DNA from: an uncultured Gemmatimonadales bacterium | GTDB lineage: Bacteria; Gemmatimonadota; Gemmatimonadetes; Gemmatimonadales; Gemmatimonadaceae | Assembly: GCA_963851265.1 (NCBI GenBank) | Contig: CAWKNZ010000001.1 | Span: forward strand, 96,001-160,000 | DNA length: 64,000 bases | Reading direction: 5' to 3' | Shown: one piece after another, positions 1 to 8,984 of the stretch | How the letters are laid out: each line of letters starts with the position of its first letter | How positions within the stretch are numbered: position 1 is the stretch's first letter | The notes under the pieces: generated by a model | Seen by the model: the letters and a program-made list of their open reading frames with translations, nothing else | What the model was told of the DNA's origin: nothing | Database searches by the model: none | Position numbers and translations under genes: made by a program

Positions 1-336
1 GTGTCGGGAGACGACGCACGCACGCAGCACATGATGCGGACCGAAGAGCTGCTGATGCGGGTGCCGGGCGTGATGGTCACGCCGCACAGCGACGGGAGCT
101 ACAGCGTCGTGATCCGCGGCGTGTCGACGCTCAGCCCGTTCGCGCGGACCGACCCGCTGTTCGTGATCGACGGGATGGCGGTGAACGACGGCGTGGGCGT
201 GTTGAACAGCATCCCACCGCAGGACGTGGAGCGGATCGACGTGATCAAGGATGCGGAGGCGAGCATCTACGGATCGCGCGCGGCGAACGGGGTGATTCTG
301 GTGCGCACGCGGCACGCGAGGCCCGCGCACGACTAG
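1..336 (+). CDS. TonB-dependent receptor plug-domain protein (SusC-type plug), 5' end probably outside the window
   Basis: Motifs IRG...DPLFVIDG and PQDVERIDVIKDAEASIYGSRAANGVILVRT are typical of SusC/RagA plug domains; the ORF stops right after the plug. Confidence 0.8.
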   Translation: MSGDDARTQHMMRTEELLMRVPGVMVTPHSDGSYSVVIRGVSTLSPFARTDPLFVIDGMAVNDGVGVLNSIPPQDVERIDVIKDAEASIYGSRAANGVILVRTRHARPAHD

Positions 337-471
337 TGGCCCGCCAGGGTAGTCGTGGCGGTTGGGAGTAGCGGCGGGCCAGCGTGGGGTGGATGTCGGT
401 CGAGGTGAAGCGCCAGGTCGTGCCGACGTCGGCGTTCCATTTCTTCGGGGGCCTCCTCACGCACCGGCCGG

Positions 472-963
472 TCAGTGCGCGCCATCGGCGGCGGGACGGG
501 GGCGTCGGGGCCGGCGCGCGCGGGCGACGGTGGGGAGTGGCGGGGCCGCCTCGTGCACGGCGCGTACGGTGCCGACCACGCGAGCGAGGCCGCGCACGAG
601 GCGCAGCGCGTCGGCGGAGTCGGCGAGGAGGGCGGCGACGCCGGCCGGGGTGGCGAGCTGGAGGCGTTCGGCGAGCAGGGCGAGCGTCTCGACGCGGGCG
701 AGGGCGGATTGCGCGGCGAGGAGGGCGCGGCGGTGTTCCGCTCGATCGTAAGCGAGGTTGCCGGCCGCGATGTGGGCGGGCGCGGCGGCACCCGCGCGGC
801 GCAGGTCGGTGCCGAGGCGGTCCTGGTCGGCCGCGGGCAGCGTCGCGGCCAGCTCGTGCGCGTGGGCGGCGACGTCGAGGGCGCGCTGCCACGCGCGGAG
901 GATGCGGTAGCCGGCGGGCGGGGTGGGGGTGGTGTGCGAGGTGAGGGCGGCGAGGTTGGTCAT
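472..963 (-). CDS. four-helix-bundle protein (23S rRNA intervening-sequence protein family), divergent
   Basis: YRILRAWQRA...LPAADQDRLGTDLRRAGAAAPAHIAAG...AQSALARVET follows the family pattern L.vWq.A...P..E...L..Q.rRa..Si..NIAEG...A.gS..E.et. Confidence 0.7.
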   Translation of the reverse strand: MTNLAALTSHTTPTPPAGYRILRAWQRALDVAAHAHELAATLPAADQDRLGTDLRRAGAAAPAHIAAGNLAYDRAEHRRALLAAQSALARVETLALLAERLQLATPAGVAALLADSADALRLVRGLARVVGTVRAVHEAAPPLPTVARARRPRRPRPAADGAH

Positions 964-1114
964 GGGCGGCTCCGGGTGAGAGGAGCGGCCACGGTAGGCC
1001 GTGCCGGCCGCTCGGTGGGAGGCCGAAACGTCGCCGAGTGGGGTCGGATGGTGCGGCGGACGGCGAGCGGCCCGTAGTCGCCGGCTCGCCTGTCCGATCG
1101 GCTCGCCGGCCGTG

Positions 1115-1603
1115 CTACCCGGCTCCCGCGAGCTGCTGCAGGCGTTCGGTGATGCGCAGCCGGGCGTCCGTCGAGCGGCAGATGATGAGGATCGTGTCGT
1201 CGCCGCCGATCGTGCCGATGACGTCGGGCCAGGCGGCGGCGTCGAGGGCGGCGGCGATGGGTTGGGCGCCGCTCGGGACGGTGTGGACGACCGCGAGTTC
1301 GCCGACGCCGTCGAGTCGGTCGAACAGTTGCGGGAGGAGGGTGGCGAGGGCGGCGCGTGCCTGGTCGGCGCCGGAGGTCGCGTTGGCGTTCGTGGAGATG
1401 TAGCGCATGCCGTCGCCGGTGGGGACGCGGGCGAGGCGGAGTTCGTGCAGGTCGCGCGAGAGGGTGGACTGCGTCACGTCCCAGCCGCGGTCGTGGAGGT
1501 GGCGGCGGAGTTCCTCCTGGCTGCCCACGACGTGCGCGCCGACGATGTCGAGGATGGCGCGGTGGCGGTCGCGTTTGGTCGTGGCGGACGGTTGGGCAGT
1601 CAT
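1115..1603 (-). CDS. argR: arginine repressor
   Basis: RHRAILDIV...SQEEL...VTQSTLSRDLHEL (wHTH) and C-terminal GTIGGDDTILII. ATG at 1603 is preceded by a TATTCT box. Confidence 0.93.
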   Translation of the reverse strand: MTAQPSATTKRDRHRAILDIVGAHVVGSQEELRRHLHDRGWDVTQSTLSRDLHELRLARVPTGDGMRYISTNANATSGADQARAALATLLPQLFDRLDGVGELAVVHTVPSGAQPIAAALDAAAWPDVIGTIGGDDTILIICRSTDARLRITERLQQLAGAG

Positions 1604-1608
1604 CCTGC

Positions 1609-1614
1609 AGAATA
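1609..1614 (-). promoter_or_regulatory. putative -10 box (TATTCT) for a leaderless argR transcript
   Basis: TANNNT hexamer 5 nt upstream of the ATG with no SD; the same geometry recurs at 7 other genes. Confidence 0.5.
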
Positions 1615-1641
1615 CGGGCGGGGTCACGGCGTTCGCCAGCA

Positions 1642-1647
1642 TATTTT
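1642..1647 (+). promoter_or_regulatory. putative -10 box (TATTTT) for a leaderless repA-like transcript
   Basis: TANNNT 6 nt upstream of ATG 1654. Confidence 0.5.
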
Positions 1648-1653
1648 ACCGTC

Positions 1654-2610
1654 ATGACCGCCCCTCCTCGTAAGCCGAGTGTGCCAAAGCCGACGGTGCC
1701 GAAGCCGAGTGCGCGGAGTGGTGGGAAGCCCGGAGCGCGGCCGATGGTCGCGCTGGACCGGGCGCTGGAGCGGTTGCCGCTGTTCCGGCTCAGCGATTCG
1801 GCGGACGATGGGGCGCTGACGTACGTGCCGCGTCCCGGGTCGCGGTGGCGGGTGCTGCCTGCACCGGGCGACCGGCTGCCGGGTACGTTCGACCAGGACG
1901 TGTACGTGGGGCTGCTGCACTGGTGGACCGAGGCCGGCCGTCCGGATGACGGCGCGATCAGTTTCACGCTCCACGCCTTTCTGCGCGCGCTGGGCCGCAC
2001 GCCCGACGGGCGCACGTACGAGCAGCTGCGCGGGGCGTTGACGCGGTTGGAGCGCACGACGCTCGAGTCGAGCGGGGCGGCGTACGCGACCGGCGGGGTG
2101 GAGGACGTGGGCGGCGTGTCGCGGTTCGCGGTGCTCGCCTCGGTGGTGATCGAGCGGCGGCGGGTGGTCGAGGAGGAGCAGCAGGAGCAGCTGGCGCTCT
2201 TTCCGGAGCTGGCCGCGACCGAGCCGGGGGACGCGCGGGTCGTGTTGGGGCCGGCGTTGCGGGCGAGCGTGGCCGCCGGGCGCACGTCGACCATCTCGTG
2301 GGCGCGGTACCAGCGGCTGCGGTCGCCGGTGGCGCGGCGGCTGTACCGCCTGCTCACGGCGTTGTGGGCCGACGGGGCCGGCGAGGCCGGGTCGGAGATC
2401 GACGGGCTGGAGGGCGGGCGGTGCCGGGTGCCGCTGGAGCGGTGGGCGGAACAGCTGCCGCTCACGCAACGTTACCCGTCGCACCTGCAGCGCGTGCTCG
2501 CCCCGGCGCACGAGATGCTGATGAAGGTCGGGGTGGTGAGCGCGGCGGCGTGCGTGCAGGACGGGCGCGCGTGGTGGGTCGAGTACGCCGCGCCGTCGCG
2601 ACCGTCGTAG
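1654..2610 (+). CDS. replication initiator protein A-like (plasmid RepA/TrfA-type winged-helix) protein
   Basis: LERLPLFRLS, LPGTFDQDVYVGLL, ISFTLHAFLRALG...GRTYEQLRGALTRLERTT and YQRLRSPVARRLYRLL resemble RepA-type initiators. Confidence 0.7.
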   Translation: MTAPPRKPSVPKPTVPKPSARSGGKPGARPMVALDRALERLPLFRLSDSADDGALTYVPRPGSRWRVLPAPGDRLPGTFDQDVYVGLLHWWTEAGRPDDGAISFTLHAFLRALGRTPDGRTYEQLRGALTRLERTTLESSGAAYATGGVEDVGGVSRFAVLASVVIERRRVVEEEQQEQLALFPELAATEPGDARVVLGPALRASVAAGRTSTISWARYQRLRSPVARRLYRLLTALWADGAGEAGSEIDGLEGGRCRVPLERWAEQLPLTQRYPSHLQRVLAPAHEMLMKVGVVSAAACVQDGRAWWVEYAAPSRPS

Positions 2611-2679
2611 GAACTCCTCCGCCCGCGGCGTGGTATCCGCTACGTTGCTGGTCCCCCACTCCGTCGAGCGTCGAAGCGC

Positions 2680-4332
2680 ATGCGTCTGACCCGTCGTACC
2701 GGCCGGATGGCCGCCGTCGCCACCGTTGCCCTCGTGCCACTGGTGGCCGGGGGGTGGCTCGCCCAGTCCCGAGGTGCGCGCGAGGGCCCGCAGCTCCTCG
2801 AGCAGACCATGGGGCTGATTTCGCAGCGTTTCGTCGACACGGTCGGCGCGGGGCTGCTCTACGAGAAGGCGGCGCGGGGGCTCGTCAAGGAGCTCAACGA
2901 TCCGTACTCGGAGCTGTTCACGCCGAAGCAGATCGCCGACTTCACCCGCAACACCAACGGGCGCTACGCGGGTATCGGGATGGAGATCACGCCGCCGCAG
3001 GCCGGCTACGTGACGGTGTCGCGCGTCTTCCCGCACTCGCCGGCCGAAGGCGCGGGGGTGCAGGAAGGTGACCGCATCGCGGGGATCGACACGGCGAGCG
3101 CGAAGGGCTGGTCGAGCACGCAGGTGTCCAACACGCTGCTCGGCACGCCGGGCACGCCGGTGACCGTCAAGTTCCTGCGCCCGGGCGTGACGCAGCCGAT
3201 CGTGGCGCGGCTGACGCGCGCGATCATCCACGTGCCGGCCGTGCAGTTCGGGATGGTGCTCGACGGCACCGTGGGCTACGTGCCGGTGCAGCGCTTCAAC
3301 GAGACGACGGCCCAGGAGATCGCCGACGCGATCCGCACGCTCGAGCGGCAGGGGGCGAAGAGCCTCGTGCTCGATCTGCGCGACAACGGCGGCGGGATCC
3401 TCGACCAGGCCGTCGCGACGAGCAACCTGTTCATGCGCCGCGGCCAGGAGATCCTGAGCCAGCGCGGGCGGCAGGGCGAGTCGCAGGTGTACGTCGCCAC
3501 CGAGGCGCCGCTCGCGCCCACCATCCCGATGGTCGTGATGACCAACGGCGGCACGGCGTCGGCATCCGAAATCGTCGCGGGCGCGCTGCAGGACCACGAC
3601 CGCGCGCTCGTGGTCGGCACGACGAGCTTCGGGAAGGGGCTCGTGCAGACGCTCTTCCCGCTCGACGGCGGGTACGCGTTGAAGCTGACGACGGCCAAGT
3701 GGTTCACGCCCACGGGGCGCTCGATCCACAAGGAGCGCAAGCTGCAGGCGGACGGCCAGTTCGTCGAGGTCCACCCCGACTCGCTCGAGACGGACTCGGC
3801 CAAGAAGGCGCGCCCGGTGTACCACAGCGACGCGGGCCGGGTGGTCTACGGGGGCGGCGCGATCACGCCCGATGTGACGGTCAAGCCCGACACGCTCACC
3901 ACGCCGGAGCAGACGTTGGCGAAGGCGCTGGCGCCGAAGTTCCCCGAGATCTACGGCATCCTGAGCGACATCGCGTATGCGAAGCGCGGGCAGGTCCGCC
4001 CCGACTTCACGGTGCTGCCGGCGTGGCGCGAGGAGTTCTACCAGCGGCTGGTCGCGGCGAAGATTCCGGTCGACCGCGCGCAGTGGAACGCGGGGCACGA
4101 GTGGGTCGACCGCCAGATCGAGCAGCGCGTCGCGCGGGTGGCGTTCGGCGACACGACGGCGTTCCGGCATGCGATGAAGGACGACGTGCAGCTGGAGCGT
4201 GCGGTGCAGATCCTCAAGAAGGGCAGCACGCAAAAGGAGCTGTTCGCGGTGGCGCAGGCGATGGCCCCGGCGAGCACGGCCAACCGGATGGTGGCCCCGA
4301 GGGCGACGACGGCGTCGACGCCGCAGCGGTAG
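2680..4332 (+). CDS. ctpA: S41 family C-terminal processing protease (PDZ + S41)
   Basis: Signal peptide, LNDPYS, PDZ (GIGMEI...SPAEGAGVQEGDRI), LDLRDNGGG, TASASEIVAGALQDHDRA, SFGKGLVQ. Confidence 0.93.
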   Translation: MRLTRRTGRMAAVATVALVPLVAGGWLAQSRGAREGPQLLEQTMGLISQRFVDTVGAGLLYEKAARGLVKELNDPYSELFTPKQIADFTRNTNGRYAGIGMEITPPQAGYVTVSRVFPHSPAEGAGVQEGDRIAGIDTASAKGWSSTQVSNTLLGTPGTPVTVKFLRPGVTQPIVARLTRAIIHVPAVQFGMVLDGTVGYVPVQRFNETTAQEIADAIRTLERQGAKSLVLDLRDNGGGILDQAVATSNLFMRRGQEILSQRGRQGESQVYVATEAPLAPTIPMVVMTNGGTASASEIVAGALQDHDRALVVGTTSFGKGLVQTLFPLDGGYALKLTTAKWFTPTGRSIHKERKLQADGQFVEVHPDSLETDSAKKARPVYHSDAGRVVYGGGAITPDVTVKPDTLTTPEQTLAKALAPKFPEIYGILSDIAYAKRGQVRPDFTVLPAWREEFYQRLVAAKIPVDRAQWNAGHEWVDRQIEQRVARVAFGDTTAFRHAMKDDVQLERAVQILKKGSTQKELFAVAQAMAPASTANRMVAPRATTASTPQR

Positions 4333-4350
4333 TCAGCAGGGGGAGAGAGA

Positions 4351-4389
4351 GGACCGGGGGCTCGAAAGGGCGACCCGGTCCTTTTTTTT
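4351..4389 (+). terminator. intrinsic terminator downstream of the S41 protease
   Basis: GGACCGGG...CCCGGTCC stem with an inner GCTC-GAAA-GGGC hairpin, followed by T8. Confidence 0.85.
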
Positions 4390-4476
4390 GGGCGGGAGCG
4401 GTTCCGTGAGAGGAGGTCCGCCCGATCCGCGCCACCACACCGCCGGTTCCAACGCTCCGGCTCTCATCCAGCCTCC

Positions 4477-5529
4477 ATGCCCCGCGTCCTCGCGCTGCTC
4501 CTCCTCTGCCTGGCCTCGTCGTCGCTCCCTGCGCAGATCCCGACCGGCTCGCGCCCGGTGCCGGCCGACAGCGGCGAGCGTCACCTGACCAACGTCCGCC
4601 AGCTCACCTTCGGCGGCGAGAACGCCGAGGCCTACTTCAGCGCCAGCGGCGACTACCTCACCTTCCAGGGGCGCGTCGACCAGACCGGCTGCGACCAGCA
4701 GTACGTGGTGCGCGTCGCCGACGGCGGCGCCCTCACGCGCGTCTCGCCGGGCGGGGGCAAGACGACGTGCGGCTTCTTCTACGGCGACGACCGGCGCGTC
4801 CTCTTCGGCTCCACCCACGACAACGTGCGCGGCTGCCCCTCCCCGCCCGACAAGTCGCGCGGCTACGTCTGGAAGCTCGACAAGTACGACGTCTACACCG
4901 CCGCCCGCGACGGCTCCGACGTTAGGCGACTGACCAACTACGGGACGTACACCGCCGAGGCGGTGGTCTCGCCCGACGGCCGGCGCGTCGTGTTCACGTC
5001 GCGCAAGGGCGGGGACCTCGACATCTACACGATGAACGTCGACGGGAGCGACGTCCGCCAGCTCACCCACACGCTCGGCTACGACGGCGGGCCGTGGTGG
5101 AGCCCCGACGGCACGCGGATCGTCTACCGCGCGTGGCACCCGACGGATTCGGCGGACGTGGCGCAGTACAAGGCCCTGCTCGCCGACGACCTCGTGAAGC
5201 CCAACCGGATGGAGCTGTGGGTGATGAACGCCGACGGAAGCGGCCAGCGCCAGATCACGCACCTCGGCGGGGCCAACTTCGGGCCGAGTTGGACCGCGGA
5301 CGGGCGCCGGATCATCTTCTCGAGCAACTACCGGCAGCCGCGGAGCGGGAACTTCGACCTGTACCTCGTGAACCTCGACGGCACCGGGCTGGAGCAGGTC
5401 ACGACGAGCCCTACCTTCGACGGGTTCCCGATGTTCAGCCGCGACGGGCGGCACCTCGTGTGGGCCTCCAACCGCCGCGCCGCGACCCCGGGCGAGACGA
5501 ACCTGTTCGTCGCCGACTGGCGCGAGTGA
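4477..5529 (+). CDS. TolB-like/PD40 beta-propeller secreted protein
   Basis: Signal peptide; repeated RQLT...SPDG.RIVF motifs; ENAEAYFS and ETNLFVADW. Confidence 0.85.
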   Translation: MPRVLALLLLCLASSSLPAQIPTGSRPVPADSGERHLTNVRQLTFGGENAEAYFSASGDYLTFQGRVDQTGCDQQYVVRVADGGALTRVSPGGGKTTCGFFYGDDRRVLFGSTHDNVRGCPSPPDKSRGYVWKLDKYDVYTAARDGSDVRRLTNYGTYTAEAVVSPDGRRVVFTSRKGGDLDIYTMNVDGSDVRQLTHTLGYDGGPWWSPDGTRIVYRAWHPTDSADVAQYKALLADDLVKPNRMELWVMNADGSGQRQITHLGGANFGPSWTADGRRIIFSSNYRQPRSGNFDLYLVNLDGTGLEQVTTSPTFDGFPMFSRDGRHLVWASNRRAATPGETNLFVADWRE

Positions 5530-5552
5530 CCACGGCCTAACGTCACCGCACG

Positions 5553-6443
5553 GTGGGCGCGACGGCGCTGCTCCTCGTCCTCGTTTCGGCGGGGTGTCAC
5601 GCGTACTGGAACTTCCTGCTCAAGCGCGCGGGCGGGTCGCACGCGTTCGTCGCGGCCAGCAAGGCGAGCGAGGCGGTGGTCTTCCTGCCCGCGTTCGTCG
5701 CGCTCCTCGTGCGCGCGCCCGCGGGCGCGTTCGACGGCGTGGGCGGTGCGGTGCTCGGCTACGTCGCGGTGGGAACGGCGCTCGTGCTGGCGACCTACGC
5801 CGCCCTCGCCGCGGCCTACCGCCACGGCGACCTCTCGTTCGCGTACCCGATCGCGCGGGGGAGCACGCTCGTCTTCCTCCCCGTGCTCGGCTGGCTCACG
5901 TTCGGCGAGCGACTCGGCCCGCTCGGTTGCGTGGCGGTCGCGGCCATCGTGTCGGGCGTGCTCGCGATGCAGCTGCCGGCGCTCACGCGCGCGGGCGTGC
6001 GGGCGCTCGGCGCGGCGGTGCGCGGGCCCGCGACGGGGTACGCGCTGCTCGTGGCGCTCGTGCTCGCGGGGGGGACGATCTGGGACAAGCTCGCCGTGCG
6101 CGAGGTGCCACTGTTCGCCTACTTCTACGGCTACACGGCGGCCGCGGGGGTGGGCTATCTCGCCATCGTCGTGCGGCGCGAGGGCTGGCCCGCGGTGCGC
6201 GCCGAGTGGCGGGCGCGGCGCGGCACGGCGGTCGCGGTCGGGGTGCTCAACACGACCAGCTACGGCCTCGTGCTGCTCGCGCTGCGCGGGGGCGGGTCGA
6301 CGTACGTGGTCGGGCTGCGGCAGTTGAGCATCGCCGGGGGCGTGGCGTTAGGCGCGCGCCTGGGCGAGCGCGTCACCGCCCCGCGGTGCCTGGGCGTGGG
6401 GCTCGTGGTCGTGGGGTGCGTGCTGATGGCGTGGGGTCGGTGA
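5553..6443 (+). CDS. EamA/DMT family transporter
   Basis: About 10 hydrophobic segments; HAYWNFLLK, AYRHGDLSFAYPIARG, YVVGLRQLSI. Confidence 0.85.
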   Translation: MGATALLLVLVSAGCHAYWNFLLKRAGGSHAFVAASKASEAVVFLPAFVALLVRAPAGAFDGVGGAVLGYVAVGTALVLATYAALAAAYRHGDLSFAYPIARGSTLVFLPVLGWLTFGERLGPLGCVAVAAIVSGVLAMQLPALTRAGVRALGAAVRGPATGYALLVALVLAGGTIWDKLAVREVPLFAYFYGYTAAAGVGYLAIVVRREGWPAVRAEWRARRGTAVAVGVLNTTSYGLVLLALRGGGSTYVVGLRQLSIAGGVALGARLGERVTAPRCLGVGLVVVGCVLMAWGR

Positions 6444-7987
6444 CGGGGCGAGCGCGGCCCGCGCGCCGACTGCGGCCGGGGGCGGTGACCGTCGCCTGCC
6501 TGACGCTCGGCGCGGTGGCGGCGGTCGCGTCGCGCGCGACGCGGCGCGCGGCCCGGCCCGGGCACGCCGCCTTCGAGCCGTGCGTCGTGTGGGCGGTGCG
6601 CGAGGTCGGCCGCTGCGGCACGGTGGTCGTGCCGGAGGACCGCGACCGCGCCGCGCGCGACGCGCGCGACGGACAGGCGTACTCGGGGCGGACCATCCGG
6701 CTTCGGGTGGTCGTGCTCCGCGCCCGCGGGCGCGCGCCGTTCGGCGAACCCGTGGTGCTGCTCGCAGGCGGTCCGGGGCAGGGCGCGGCGACGGGCGCCG
6801 TGGCGTACGCAAACGAGATCCTCGGCGACCTGCGCGCGCGCCACGACGTCGTGCTCGCCGACCAGCGCGGCACGGGGCGGTCGAACCCGCTCGCCTGCGA
6901 CCTCGCCGGCAACGCCCTGCAAGCGCACGTCTCGCCGTCGTTCCCGCTCGACGCGGTGCGCCGCTGCCGCCTCGCGCTCGGACGCCTTGCGGACCTCACG
7001 CAGTACACGACCGCGCGCTCGGCCGACGACCTCGCCGACGTGCTCGACGCGTTGGGCGTCCGCCGCGCGCACGTGTTCGGGGTGTCGTACGGCGGGCGGC
7101 TGGCGCTCGCGTTGCTGCGCCGACACCCGGAGCGCGTGCGCACGACCGTCGTCCAGAGCGCCCCGCCCCCGGAGCGGGTGATCCCGCTCGCGGCGGCGGC
7201 CGCCGGGGCGCGCGCGTTCGCCGCGCGCGCGGCCGAGTGCCGCGCGGATGCCGCGTGCGCGGTCGCGGCGCCGGACCCGGACGGCGATCTGCGCCGGGTG
7301 CTCGACCACCTCGCCGCGCACCCGGTGCGGGTGTCGCGCTGGAACTGGCGTCGACTGCGGCGCGAGGCGGTGGTCGTGACGCGGCGCGCGTTCGCGGAGT
7401 TCAGCTGGTCGCGGCTCTACGGCGCGGGGGATGCGCGCGGGATGCTGGCCCTCACACACCGCGCCGCGCTCGGCCACTGGGACGAGTGGGTCGACGCGGC
7501 CGCGCAGCACGGGCGGTGGCGCGAGTACGCGCGCAGCCGCGGCCTCACGCTCAGCGTGCTCTGCACCGAGGACGCGCCCCGCATCGCGCGCGCGGACACG
7601 GCGCGCCTCGCGGCCGCGAGTCCGCTCGGCCTGCCGATCGCCGCGGAATTGGTGGCAGCATGCGCCGAATGGCCGCGCGGGCCGCTCGCGCCGTCCGACA
7701 CCCTGCCGGTGCGCGCGGACGCCCCGGTGCTGTTCCTCTCGGGCGCGCTCGACCCGGTGGTGCCGCCGGAGTGGGCCGACTCCGCGGCGGCGTTCCTCCC
7801 GGCCGCGTGGCGTCTCGTCGCGCCCGGACAGGGGCACGCGACGGCGGACGGGTGCGTGCGGGAGGCGATCGGCGCGTTCGTCGAACGCGGCGGGGCGGCC
7901 GCGGCGGCGGCCCCGTGCGTGAGGCGATGGACGGTCGAGCCGCCCGGCGCCGGCGGGTTGCTCGCGGACGGCCACGCGCGTCGGTAG
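6440..7987 (+). CDS. alpha/beta hydrolase (TAP-like peptidase family); start uncertain
   Basis: LAGGPGQG, DQRGTGRS, nucleophile GVSYGG, LDPVVP and GHA triad residues; GTGA overlap with the upstream stop. Confidence 0.85.
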   Translation: MTGRARPARRLRPGAVTVACLTLGAVAAVASRATRRAARPGHAAFEPCVVWAVREVGRCGTVVVPEDRDRAARDARDGQAYSGRTIRLRVVVLRARGRAPFGEPVVLLAGGPGQGAATGAVAYANEILGDLRARHDVVLADQRGTGRSNPLACDLAGNALQAHVSPSFPLDAVRRCRLALGRLADLTQYTTARSADDLADVLDALGVRRAHVFGVSYGGRLALALLRRHPERVRTTVVQSAPPPERVIPLAAAAAGARAFAARAAECRADAACAVAAPDPDGDLRRVLDHLAAHPVRVSRWNWRRLRREAVVVTRRAFAEFSWSRLYGAGDARGMLALTHRAALGHWDEWVDAAAQHGRWREYARSRGLTLSVLCTEDAPRIARADTARLAAASPLGLPIAAELVAACAEWPRGPLAPSDTLPVRADAPVLFLSGALDPVVPPEWADSAAAFLPAAWRLVAPGQGHATADGCVREAIGAFVERGGAAAAAAPCVRRWTVEPPGAGGLLADGHARR

Positions 7988-8017
7988 GATATCCGCACAG
8001 CACCCACCCCGGCCGCC

Positions 8018-8293
8018 ATGCCACCCTCCGCCCTGCTCGACCAGATGGCCACGCGGCGCCGCGAGGAGGCGCGCGCCGCGGACCGCGATCGCACCCGCGA
8101 CTTCGTCCGCACGGGCCTGGAGTGCGTGGGCTGGTGCGCGATCGGGCTTTTGGGGATTGCCTGGGCGGTGCACACGACCGACGAGGCGCTCGGGACGATG
8201 GCGTTCTGGGGAGGGTTCGGGGTCGGGAACGGGGGCTGGCTGTTCTCGGTGTTGGGAGCGTATCGGAGGGGGGAGCGGCGCGGCGACTGGTAG
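8018..8293 (+). CDS. small hypothetical membrane protein (2 TM)
   Basis: ATG start, two hydrophobic segments, fills the gap between genes. Confidence 0.6.
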   Translation: MPPSALLDQMATRRREEARAADRDRTRDFVRTGLECVGWCAIGLLGIAWAVHTTDEALGTMAFWGGFGVGNGGWLFSVLGAYRRGERRGDW

Positions 8294-8315
8294 GGACGGG
8301 CCGTTCCACCGGGCG

Positions 8316-8984
8316 TCATCCGTCCCGCCGGCCCAAGCCGGACCCTTCGACCCCCGCGTTCACGAACAACGCCTCGTGTCCGCGGCCCCCGACCCGCACC
8401 GCCGTCACCCCCGCGTGGTCCACCCGCATCCGGAATGCGGATTCCCGCGTCAGTCCGATCGCGTGCACCAGCAGCGCGCGGATGAACCCCGCGTGCGCCA
8501 CCGCGACCACGTCGTGTCCGTCCGCCCTCCCCGCCTCCGCGGCGTCGCGCAGCCACGCCCCCGCGCGCGCGACCACGTCGCCGAATCCTTCCCCTCCCGG
8601 CGTCCTGGCCTCCTGCCAGTCCGCCATCCACGCGCCTAACGCGACCCCGTCGTCGCGCTCCAGCTCCTCCCACGTGCGCCCGTCCCACCGCCCGAAGTGC
8701 ATCTCGCGCAGCCGGGGGTCGGTGCGGATCGGCGGCGCCATGCCCCAGCCCCCGGCGAGCAGTCGGGCGGACTCCCGCGCGCGCAGCAGGTCGCTCGACA
8801 TGAGGAGCGGCGGGCGGGGGAGTGTCCACGTCGCCGCGAGGCGGGCGAGCGCGTCGCGGCCGGCCGGCGCGAGCGGCAGGTCGGTGTGCCCCACGCAGCG
8901 CCCCTCTGCCCCCTGCGCCTCGCCGTGGCGGACGAGGTAGAGCGTGACGGGGGCGTCGACGGGAGCCGCTAACGGCGCAGCCAC
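8316..8984 (-). CDS. cobC: histidine phosphatase (CobC / alpha-ribazole-phosphate phosphatase-like)
   Basis: LYLVRHGE, SSDLLRARES, LREMHFGRWDG, PGGE, VAHAG; directly downstream of cobS. Which of the two paralogues is the true CobC is uncertain. Confidence 0.7.
   Translation of the reverse strand: MAAPLAAPVDAPVTLYLVRHGEAQGAEGRCVGHTDLPLAPAGRDALARLAATWTLPRPPLLMSSDLLRARESARLLAGGWGMAPPIRTDPRLREMHFGRWDGRTWEELERDDGVALGAWMADWQEARTPGGEGFGDVVARAGAWLRDAAEAGRADGHDVVAVAHAGFIRALLVHAIGLTRESAFRMRVDHAGVTAVRVGGRGHEALFVNAGVEGSGLGRRDG

Noticed and set aside
333..470. Possible mini-ORF on the minus strand downstream of the four-helix gene
   Set aside because: Two competing short frames with no recognisable motif; not supportable.
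472..963. Four-helix-bundle protein as the Avd of a diversity-generating retroelement, or as an rRNA intervening sequence
   Set aside because: No reverse transcriptase, TR/VR pair or rRNA gene is in the window; stand-alone members of this family are common.
1604..1653. ARG boxes in the argR promoter
   Set aside because: Only a weak resemblance; the AT-rich hexamers are better explained as -10 boxes.
1672..1716. 15-nt repeats in the repA-like gene as iterons
   Set aside because: They are imperfect, in frame (KPSVP/KPTVP) and match the window-wide tandem duplication pattern; no adjacent AT-rich origin.
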